From: a bacterium
Lineage (GTDB): Bacteria; Patescibacteriota; Minisyncoccia; Phycocordibacterales; UBA2100
Assembly: GCA_016789445.1 (NCBI GenBank)
Contig: JAEUQT010000001.1
Span: forward strand, 67,603-131,602
DNA length: 64,000 nucleotides
Direction: 5' to 3'
This document shows, one piece after another, positions 9,195-17,698 of the stretch (position 1 is the stretch's first letter; each line of letters opens with the position of its first letter). The position numbers were made by a program, and so were the translations under genes. The notes under the pieces are model-generated. The model saw only the letters and a program-made list of their open reading frames with translations, did not search any database and had not been told where the DNA came from.

Positions 9195-12100
9195 TCAGCG
9201 GATACCTCCCGGCGGGACACTGCAGCCACGAGGATTCGGCTCTGCTTCACACAGACACTTGATGAAGCTGTCCATCGCCTGCTCCGGATCACAGGTGCGG
9301 ACATCCTGCGGTGTCGGATTATTGCTTGAGCCATCATTCGATCCTTGCTGGGCGGACGAATTCTGCGAAGTAGGTCGCACCGGATTGCTTTGTGATGCCT
9401 GACTCGCCGCAATCTGCTCGTCGGTGAAGATGCGTGGAGGATCGGTGTCATCGCCGCGGACGCGGATCAGTGTCTCGTTCAGGAGCTTATCCTGCGCACC
9501 CTTCACGTTGCACACCAATCCGAAACGCGTCGATTCAGAAAGCGCACCGGAGTTGATCGAACCATTCTGTCCACCGCGCGCGAATACGGCGAAGTCCGAC
9601 GTCACGATCGCACAGGTCGAGCTGCTGACATCCGTACCCACGGTAGACCACGAGAGTGTTGTCGTGTCGCCATCATCGATAACCTGAGGGTTCCCGACGA
9701 TCGCACCGACCGGTGGTTCTGATGCGGGTTGCGATGGCTGTTGTGGTCGGGATTGATCACCCTCTTCTTCATCGCCACCCGTAAACCACTGCATGAGCCC
9801 TTGGAACAATCCTGACAACATATTCATGCCGCCACCGAAGAATCCTCCGTCGCCTCCGCTTGAACCTGCAGGTCCATAGCCGCCATATGCGATCGGACCT
9901 CCAGAACCGAGATCGCGACCGACTGAAGGGTCGGGACGCGGAGTATCAGTGCGTGGGTCAGGAGCAGGCTGACGCGGAGCGTCGGATGATGTCGTATCGC
10001 TAGAATCATCAGGTGTCGGTGCCGGCACCGGTGTCCCGCCTCCAGGCGGTATCTGGAATATCACACTAGTATCATCTTTGACTGGAATCCCATTGAAGTT
10101 GGTCGCGTCCTTCTGTGTCTCTTGCGGCGCCCCGTCTACCGTCACCTGCTGGTACGTCATCACGACACCGGTGAATCCGAGCGCACCGCAAATGAACTGC
10201 CGCACGCGTCCGCCGAGACAGAGTGCGTTCGCGATGCGGGTTGCGCGCGACGGCTCAGCATCATCTGCCGCTGCTGCGCCCGACCCGCCCGTAGTACCAC
10301 CTGCTCCACCCGAGCCTCCGTCGCTCGCCGCTTGTGCAGCACCGCCATATCGCGCCTCCCATTGCCCGAGTCGGCCGATCATGTCGTCAGCCGGTACTTC
10401 GGTATTCGCGCGAGCGATAGTGAGCGCGCGTGATTCCGCCGCCGCCCGTTCGCGCACCTTGTCCAAGCCGCTCGCCGCGAGTGCACGAGCTTCCGCATCA
10501 CCTTCCGGCGTATTCTTCGCTAACGCTTCTTCCGCACGCACGAGGTCTTGGATCGATTCATCGCCACGCGTAAGAGCGGTGGACATCTCTTTGTTCATGC
10601 TCGCAAGCTCAGTATCACGGACCGAAGGAATCCCGGATTGCGGCTCAGGCGTAACAGCGGCAAGGTCAGCAGCGTTACGCGCCACTATCTGCTGACGCAC
10701 CTGAAGCGCCTCCCTGAGTGTCGCGAGCTCCTGCATACGCTCTAATCGACTACCCTCGGAACGCGACCACGCATCGAGCCGTTGCGCGAATGAATCGTTC
10801 AAAGGAGCGGTAACTTCGGCAGGACGACCGGATCCGGTGAGTCGTGACCATCCGACCTGCGTATTGAAACGTGCACGGGCAAACGCATCGGAAAGCGCAT
10901 TGCGTGTACGAGAAATCAATCCTTCGTCCGCTATCGCAGGTGTTATTGGTCCGCCACCGGTCGTTAACGTCGGGGAGATCTCGCCGTCAGGACGAGCGCC
11001 GGTATTCTCCGGGAACGGGAGTTCAGGGTCCTGTCGCGGGAGCGGAGGCGGATTGAGTGCAGGATCTATCTCTTCCTCGCGGGCAATCGTCGGTGTGCGC
11101 CCCGAAGGAACACCGGGCTCCTGTCCCGGAAGATCCGCAGGACCTTGAGGCGTATTCGGAGTATCGGAAACGCGCGTAATCGACACTTCAAATGGACCTT
11201 TCGGTGCAGCGAGCGCGTCTGCCGAAGTCCACGTTCCCGGTGTTGCGGACGGGACATATGCGACCGGTCCTTCCTGATTCACGATCTGCGCTGCGCGCGC
11301 TTCTGCGATCCTTGCCTCCTCGACGAGACGAAGCTGCTCGGCTTCAGCAAGGCGCTTCGCCTCTGCACGAGCCGCATCTGCTGCGGCAATCGTCTTCTCC
11401 GCTCCACTTCGAGCCGCGGTTTCCAGTGCCTGCCGTTCAGCAAGTGAATCACTCAATCTCGCGGGGGTAGTCTTGATTGCTTGCAACCCTTCCGCGGCCC
11501 CATCTACACCGAATGTCGCTCCGAGAGATACCTTGCCGTGACTATTCGGGACAAGCCTCATCAGCTGCGGGCGCTGCGTCTCAAGCAACTGCGAAGTGCT
11601 TTTGACTGGTTCGAACAATTCACGAACTCGAGCGGCAGTAGCCGCATCAAGTGCGCCTAGGGCTTCCGCATCGGCGATCGCGCGCTCGAACCGATTGACC
11701 TGAGCGACTGACTTCTGAATAGCACTGCTGAGCGATTGCGGATCAAGTACTTTTCCTTGATTGAAATACGCACTCATCAAGCGATTTACGTTATCAGCGA
11801 GTTTCTTCGAGGTATCGAGCTCAGCAAGGAACACTTTTGCTGCGACCGCCTTCGCCTCAGCCGCCTCAACACCGGTAAGCGCCCCCTTCACTTCTGCAGA
11901 AGCTACCGCGGTCGCATCAGCACCGCTAATATCTTCCACACGAACGGTCTTCGATGCGATCTGAACGGGACGCTCCGCAACTTGCACGATTTCATTACCT
12001 AATCGATTCGACGGATTGAGCGCGATCGAGGTCGGAGTCGTCGGGCGAATCATTTCCCCTTCTGTCAAAGGTACCCGCGTTATTGCAATCGGACGCGATT

Positions 12101-15100
12101 CCGCAAGCACCGTCGGTGCAACTGGCTCAAGCGACTGCCCTGTTGGTGATGGCAAGATTTCAGTATTTTCCGGTGTACGCACCGGTACGCCCGGTTCGTT
12201 TGATGCGACCACCTGACCCGAGGAAGGCGTGTTCGCACTGCCTCGAGGGTTTTCCGGAACTGCCGGACCGACTAATGCAGTGCGGATATACGAACCCGCG
12301 TCAGCGATTCTGTTAGCGACCCATGACGGCGCATTACCGATGGCAATCGGTACTTCTATGAGATCGAGCGGGGAGAATCCGCGCGGCTCAGCGGCACTGC
12401 CTGGAGTTCGAGCGGGCTCATTCACGGCGACTGGCGTAGGCTCAGTCGGTCGCACGACGGGCGCCGGTTCGCTCACCAGAACAGGAGAAGGACGCACATT
12501 AAGCGGTGATGTGGCTTCAAGCGCAGACGGAGTGGTAAAATTTCTCACCAATTCCCCTCCCGACTGCGGCGCAGCACTAAAGGGCGACACACGATTGAAT
12601 GCAACATCCGCGATTGCAGCTGCCGGAGCGTCCGGTACCGCGACATTTTCTGCAACCAATACCCCGCCGCCCATATCGCGAAGCGCAGTGCGGACGGTTG
12701 AATCTAACGGACCACCTGCTGGCAGGTTCGCTACAGCGGTATTTACAAGTGCGCGATCGGAAACAGAGGTAAAGTCGGCAGCAGAATCAATTCCCGGACG
12801 ATATCCGAGCATACGCACCACATTCGCTGCTGCAGCACCTTCAACATATCGGTCTGCCACACGCGCACTGCTTTCAGCTTTATGCTGCACCCATGAATGG
12901 GCATACACTTTATCTGAAGGAATGTTGTATCGCTCCTGCAAGAAACGCCCGAGTTTAGCGGCCGTATCGAGCTGTTCAGCAGTAAGCGGATTTTGGAGGC
13001 GTCCCGGCGGATTACCCGCAAATTCAATGCCTATCGTATTCTCGCTGGTGATTACTCCGCGCGTTTGAGAGTTATCGATATATTTATTATCTCCACGCAA
13101 ACTGCTTCCACTTCGAATATGCTTCGGATTGGCACTCTCAGGAGCTGCCCAATAGAAGGTGCCGTCACGTTCCACCCAGATAGTTGTACCGACTTTATTC
13201 GGCCTCGACATCTGCGCTCGTGCATGCCCGACAGCATACGAGCCTTCTGTCTGGTGCATTATGATCGCAACACGTTTTGGCAACGTCTCCGGAGCTTGGA
13301 GCGGAACCATGAAATGCCCTTTCCCCTCCAATCCCGGAATTTCCGGGCGACCAGTCGCCTTCGCCACCTCACCGATAGTGCGCTGTGGCTGAAGCTCGCC
13401 GTTCAGGACCGCAAGCTGCCGCCCGATTTCAGCATCTGCACGCGCCGCCTCAGCAGCACTGACTCCACCCTGACCATCGCGACGCCCTGCCAATTCACGC
13501 GCCACGTTGTCACGCAGCTTCTTATATGCACTCGTCCCCACTGCCGATGGCTGCTCCTTCAAGACTTGTGCCGCAAGTTTCGTGCGAGGAATATATGGAT
13601 TCTGCTTGATGACCTGATTCACGATGTCTTTTACACCCTGCTCCGTCGGCGTGAAGATTCGGCCGAAGAAATCATCGACCTCATTAAGCGGATTGATCGC
13701 TTCTAGCTGCGGAGTTCCGACCGGTGCACGCGGAGGAATATTAGCAGTGAGAGATCGAGATGCCAGCTCATCGGGAGTAACGACCACGTTCTGCACGGGA
13801 GGAACAGTGGCGGTTTGAGCTGAGACGGTATTGGGAGGGGGCGCAGTCTCAACTCGTGCAACGAGAGTAGCACTGCCATCTACGGGTCCAGGTGTATAAC
13901 CAGTACCCTCGAGCACGGTTACTTTCACATCATTCAACACGCCACTGTTATTCCCATATTTGTTATTACTTAAATAGCGCATTGACGCCTCGTTGAGATC
14001 AATGATTCTTCCCGGAACGAGAGGACCATTATCATTGATCTTTACGATGAGCTTCTTATCTCCTTGTTCAACCAATGCGAATCCATTGCGAGGATAGTTC
14101 CCGTGCCCCATCTGATATTTCGCCGCCAAATCCGTCTGAAGCGCCGCTTCGTATGCTTTAGGGTTGTACCGTGCGCCGGTAGCCAGCTTCGTCCCGCCGG
14201 TGCGCCAGCCCGGCTTCGCTGGGTTATATGTCGATGCAGCACCTGATTCAACTCCCTTAATGCCGTCAATTTCGACGGTCACGGGAAGAGTGGCTTGCGA
14301 GGCAGGAGCTCCTTGCGCAGGAGTAACCGAACTGACTATGGGCACATCAATACCCGCAACCGGAATCGGTGGCAATGGATTCGTCAGCATACCGACACTC
14401 AACGCGACAGGAGCTGCAACACGACGAACGCTTTGCACTGCACCCTGCACTGCATCTCCGACATTACTTAACGCTTGCGAGAATCGCGTCGGCAAAGAGG
14501 TGAATGCAGCGGCCGGCGTACTCAATCCAGACGCAGGCAATCCAGCAGCAACTGGCGGTATTTCCGCCGCCGCTCGCGGCTTCGTCGAGAATGGTGACTG
14601 CGATGCCGGGCGTGAAGAAACGCTGATAGCTCTATTATTCGGCAGCGGTGCAGACGAACCCGCATCCGGCACGACAACGGGCCGAGGTGCAGGAGTGAAT
14701 CCTGCCTCAGGGACGATGCCCCGCGCCCGCATCTCGCTCTCCAGTGCATTCATCACATTCCTACCATTACCCGATGTGACGAAGTCTGTCTTACCCATCG
14801 AATTATGCAGACGGTTATATACAGCTCTCTCGAATGCTTCTGGCGCGACCGTACCTGATGCAACCTCCGCCTGAACAGCCTCGCGCGCGCTGCGCGTATA
14901 TGCATTCGCAAATCGCGATTCAGCCCCAGAAAGATCGTCTGCAAACGCTGGATTGAAATCCAAATCCGCAGCGCGAGCAGCTGCAGCTGCTCCGCCTGCG
15001 CCTGTATTACTTCCACTTCCGAAGAGGGTTCTTCCGGCAGCAGACACACCATCAAATGCACTACCGAGGGGGTTGCCCACGGATCCGATGCCTGCGACTT

Positions 15101-17168
15101 TTACTGCTCCTATACCCATCTGTTGAGCGGCCGCAATGCCTGTAGTCTTCCCAAGCACCCCTGCTACTGGCAACGCCCCAGCAAAGCCTCCCGCAAGGGT
15201 CCAGTTGTTCGCCTGATCAACCGATTGCGTAACGACCTGCGCTGTCGCATTCGCGATCACGCCCTCGCGCCACGCGGCGGGGTCGCTAATGAAAAGTCCA
15301 AGGTCGCGCAAACCTGCTTCCCCTCCGAAAATAGGCTTGTATAACAACGTTCCGAACCCGAACATCTCATTTACCTGAGCGCGCGCTTGCACGGCATCGT
15401 ACATCTGCTTCTCAAAGGCCGGATCACTGCCATCAAGCATCCTCTCCAGATTCGAATTCACCGTCTTCAATTGATCCGATGTCTCGCGCAACAAGGAGTT
15501 CACGTCGCCTTCCGGGATATCGCGCACTCCCATCGCCTCAAGCGCAGCAAGCTGATCAACTCGAGCGCGCAATTGATCACGGACGTCAATGGCATTTCCC
15601 GCTATTTCCTTCAGATTTGCGGAGGTGCTTTGTAGCGCAAGAGCTTTATCATTCGCCCGCTGCGACGCAGCCGATACACGTGCGCCCTCAGGAGTAGTTT
15701 CAAGCAGTTCTTGCACGGCTGCATCACTGAATTCCGGAAGCGCGGCCATCTGACCATTCGCTGCTAATCCTGACGCATTCGAACTAAGGATTCCCAGAGC
15801 TTCTGCACGAGATGCTTCCTGAAGTCCTGAATTAAGCTGAGCTAGTGTCTGTGCTCGATCGGAATAATTAATGAAGCGATCCATCGTTCGTGCAAACATG
15901 CCACGATCATCGGGCGCGGACTGTACGATACCGATAGCTTCCTTGTATTGGTCCGAAGAAGGGGTCCAACCCTGCTCCTTGCTGCCAAGTATTTCGTTCA
16001 CATAACCGCTCCGTACTTCCTCAGCGACCTGTGGGCTATCAAGCATCTGTGCGAGTTCCGTCACATTCTGCGGCAATCCGGCGATCGGAGTATCGGCACC
16101 CCGTGCAACATCAATGACAGGAAGCTCGTTTCCTGTAGGCGCATCGGGTAGCCCCGCTCCAGGCAGAGCCTCTTCAGTCGGCGTGAGTACCGCCATCGCC
16201 TTTTCCCACTGAGCAGCTGCAAAATCCCTCACTCCCTGCCATGCATTGGATGCAGTTTCTTGGGCAGCCACAAGCGCATTGCCGATCGCCGATCCTGCTG
16301 ATGACTGTACGCCAGGCAGATTCTCCGCCATCGACGCCCATGGATTCGAGAATGTACCTCCTGTTGACGGCGTATCTGATACGAACGACCCCGGACCACC
16401 CGAAGGAGATGGTGCGAAATTCCATCCCTGCGGTGGCGCGATTGAAGTCGGATTCTGCAGATACTGCTGCATCCGACCGAAAACCGTATCGACCGGATTC
16501 ACTTTTGTGCCGGTGATATCGCTCACTGCATTCAATGAGTCGGCCTGTTGTCGCGCAAGCGACTCGAGAGCACCTTGGCTTGCAGGAGCCGTGAGCGGCC
16601 TACCGCCCAGAGAATCTATTGCCTGATTGAGATCATCGAATCCAGAGGAGCCAGGATCGCGTATCGGCGTCGGATCCGGCGGAAGCTCACCGAATGCCTT
16701 CTGCAATCCCTCATAATATTCCTGCGCAGATGTCTGCGGGATGTCGCTTCCTGTCTGTCCGGGTTGCTGAGTGCCCCCGATATTCGTCTCACCGTTCTGC
16801 ATCGCCTCTTTGGCTTCGTAGAGCAAGCTCTGACATGTCGGACCAGCGACAGTACAGGACGGCATCTGCTTGCCTCCTTGTATGCCCGCCTTCCAGCAGG
16901 TCTTAGTACTCATGTAACCGGTTATGTTCACCTTATCGCACTCATTCTTGTTGCCCGTCTGATTCGATTGCGTTGAAGCGCTACCGGTGGAAGGAGTAAT
17001 CGTCTCTTCGAGCTGCGGGCATTTGCCGCACGCCTCCGTCACCGCCCCTCCGACGCTGCAATTGACCTTCGGCTGATCCGCCGGACAGGTGAGCGCAAAG
17101 ATCGCAGCGGGCGATGCAATGAGGATCGAGATTAACGACAGAAGAGACGCGGTCCGCGCGTAAGTCAT
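9195..17168 (-). CDS. giant secreted multidomain protein (2657 aa): signal peptide, Cys-rich N-terminus, Ala-rich coiled coils, Amidase_2 (PGRP-like) domain, RlpA-like DPBB domain, C-terminal Cys-rich module
   Basis: Continuous ORF. Signal peptide MTYARTASLLSLISILIASPAAIFA. Amidase_2 pattern IIMHQTEG...IGIEFAG...YAHSWVQHK at about 12820..13285. DPBB pattern IVKINDNGPLVPGRIIDLNEASMRYL at about 13940..14290. C-terminal module matches the 893-aa paralogue. Confidence 0.9.
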   Translation of the reverse strand: MTYARTASLLSLISILIASPAAIFALTCPADQPKVNCSVGGAVTEACGKCPQLEETITPSTGSASTQSNQTGNKNECDKVNITGYMSTKTCWKAGIQGGKQMPSCTVAGPTCQSLLYEAKEAMQNGETNIGGTQQPGQTGSDIPQTSAQEYYEGLQKAFGELPPDPTPIRDPGSSGFDDLNQAIDSLGGRPLTAPASQGALESLARQQADSLNAVSDITGTKVNPVDTVFGRMQQYLQNPTSIAPPQGWNFAPSPSGGPGSFVSDTPSTGGTFSNPWASMAENLPGVQSSAGSAIGNALVAAQETASNAWQGVRDFAAAQWEKAMAVLTPTEEALPGAGLPDAPTGNELPVIDVARGADTPIAGLPQNVTELAQMLDSPQVAEEVRSGYVNEILGSKEQGWTPSSDQYKEAIGIVQSAPDDRGMFARTMDRFINYSDRAQTLAQLNSGLQEASRAEALGILSSNASGLAANGQMAALPEFSDAAVQELLETTPEGARVSAASQRANDKALALQSTSANLKEIAGNAIDVRDQLRARVDQLAALEAMGVRDIPEGDVNSLLRETSDQLKTVNSNLERMLDGSDPAFEKQMYDAVQARAQVNEMFGFGTLLYKPIFGGEAGLRDLGLFISDPAAWREGVIANATAQVVTQSVDQANNWTLAGGFAGALPVAGVLGKTTGIAAAQQMGIGAVKVAGIGSVGNPLGSAFDGVSAAGRTLFGSGSNTGAGGAAAAARAADLDFNPAFADDLSGAESRFANAYTRSAREAVQAEVASGTVAPEAFERAVYNRLHNSMGKTDFVTSGNGRNVMNALESEMRARGIVPEAGFTPAPRPVVVPDAGSSAPLPNNRAISVSSRPASQSPFSTKPRAAAEIPPVAAGLPASGLSTPAAAFTSLPTRFSQALSNVGDAVQGAVQSVRRVAAPVALSVGMLTNPLPPIPVAGIDVPIVSSVTPAQGAPASQATLPVTVEIDGIKGVESGAASTYNPAKPGWRTGGTKLATGARYNPKAYEAALQTDLAAKYQMGHGNYPRNGFALVEQGDKKLIVKINDNGPLVPGRIIDLNEASMRYLSNNKYGNNSGVLNDVKVTVLEGTGYTPGPVDGSATLVARVETAPPPNTVSAQTATVPPVQNVVVTPDELASRSLTANIPPRAPVGTPQLEAINPLNEVDDFFGRIFTPTEQGVKDIVNQVIKQNPYIPRTKLAAQVLKEQPSAVGTSAYKKLRDNVARELAGRRDGQGGVSAAEAARADAEIGRQLAVLNGELQPQRTIGEVAKATGRPEIPGLEGKGHFMVPLQAPETLPKRVAIIMHQTEGSYAVGHARAQMSRPNKVGTTIWVERDGTFYWAAPESANPKHIRSGSSLRGDNKYIDNSQTRGVITSENTIGIEFAGNPPGRLQNPLTAEQLDTAAKLGRFLQERYNIPSDKVYAHSWVQHKAESSARVADRYVEGAAAANVVRMLGYRPGIDSAADFTSVSDRALVNTAVANLPAGGPLDSTVRTALRDMGGGVLVAENVAVPDAPAAAIADVAFNRVSPFSAAPQSGGELVRNFTTPSALEATSPLNVRPSPVLVSEPAPVVRPTEPTPVAVNEPARTPGSAAEPRGFSPLDLIEVPIAIGNAPSWVANRIADAGSYIRTALVGPAVPENPRGSANTPSSGQVVASNEPGVPVRTPENTEILPSPTGQSLEPVAPTVLAESRPIAITRVPLTEGEMIRPTTPTSIALNPSNRLGNEIVQVAERPVQIASKTVRVEDISGADATAVASAEVKGALTGVEAAEAKAVAAKVFLAELDTSKKLADNVNRLMSAYFNQGKVLDPQSLSSAIQKSVAQVNRFERAIADAEALGALDAATAARVRELFEPVKSTSQLLETQRPQLMRLVPNSHGKVSLGATFGVDGAAEGLQAIKTTPARLSDSLAERQALETAARSGAEKTIAAADAARAEAKRLAEAEQLRLVEEARIAEARAAQIVNQEGPVAYVPSATPGTWTSADALAAPKGPFEVSITRVSDTPNTPQGPADLPGQEPGVPSGRTPTIAREEEIDPALNPPPLPRQDPELPFPENTGARPDGEISPTLTTGGGPITPAIADEGLISRTRNALSDAFARARFNTQVGWSRLTGSGRPAEVTAPLNDSFAQRLDAWSRSEGSRLERMQELATLREALQVRQQIVARNAADLAAVTPEPQSGIPSVRDTELASMNKEMSTALTRGDESIQDLVRAEEALAKNTPEGDAEARALAASGLDKVRERAAAESRALTIARANTEVPADDMIGRLGQWEARYGGAAQAASDGGSGGAGGTTGGSGAAAADDAEPSRATRIANALCLGGRVRQFICGALGFTGVVMTYQQVTVDGAPQETQKDATNFNGIPVKDDTSVIFQIPPGGGTPVPAPTPDDSSDTTSSDAPRQPAPDPRTDTPRPDPSVGRDLGSGGPIAYGGYGPAGSSGGDGGFFGGGMNMLSGLFQGLMQWFTGGDEEEGDQSRPQQPSQPASEPPVGAIVGNPQVIDDGDTTTLSWSTVGTDVSSSTCAIVTSDFAVFARGGQNGSINSGALSESTRFGLVCNVKGAQDKLLNETLIRVRGDDTDPPRIFTDEQIAASQASQSNPVRPTSQNSSAQQGSNDGSSNNPTPQDVRTCDPEQAMDSFIKCLCEAEPNPRGCSVPPGGIR

Positions 17169-17176
17169 TACATCCT

Positions 17177-17182
17177 ATTATA
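17177..17182 (-). promoter_or_regulatory. -10 box TATAAT 8 nt upstream of giant-gene ATG (possible leaderless transcript)
   Basis: Minus strand reads TATAATAGGATGTAATG. The same architecture sits upstream of the 893-aa gene. Confidence 0.35.
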
Positions 17183-17225
17183 TTGAGCATTCCCGCCCAC
17201 TATCCGAGATTTCCCCATTTCACGA

Positions 17226-17268
17226 ACGCTCAAAAGAAAACGACCTCGCATATTTTTGCGAGGTCGTT
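17226..17268 (-). terminator. rho-independent terminator after small secreted-protein gene
   Basis: Minus strand AACGACCTCGC-AAAAATAT-GCGAGGTCGTT followed by TTCTTTTG. Confidence 0.55.
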
Positions 17269-17285
17269 CTACGGTGCCCGAGGAT

Positions 17286-17543
17286 TCAGATACCTCGGGC
17301 GGGCGCCGGACCGAGATCGACCGGACCCTTGCGGAGCTGCTCCTTCATGTGGCGCTCGAGCGCGCACTGGTCGGTGATTTCGAATCCGAACTCATCGGGC
17401 ACCGTCACGGTGTCCGCGACAGAGCACGTGTCCGACTGCAGCCAATCATGACTGCCGACCAACATCGTACGCGGCTGATCGCCGGCAAGAGCTGCTGTTG
17501 CCACAAGAGCGGCACCCAGTACGAGAAGCGACGTTGCCTTCAT
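17286..17543 (-). CDS. small secreted protein (85 aa, signal peptide, 2 Cys)
   Basis: ATG at 17543 preceded by AAAGGAGA. MKATSLLVLGAALVATAALA signal. Own terminator. Sits between the two giant-protein genes. Confidence 0.7.
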   Translation of the reverse strand: MKATSLLVLGAALVATAALAGDQPRTMLVGSHDWLQSDTCSVADTVTVPDEFGFEITDQCALERHMKEQLRKGPVDLGPAPARGI

Positions 17544-17698
17544 GGAAAATCTCCTTTTGTCAGGCGTTGCTTGTACTGTGACTATGTTACCATATATAAC
17601 GAAATAAGTCAATAGCAACGAACGGGCATCTGAAAAAGAACCATCTAAAGCCATTTTCCGGATTCGTCTGTGAAGGCGTTCTGAAGATGCTCTTGGAT

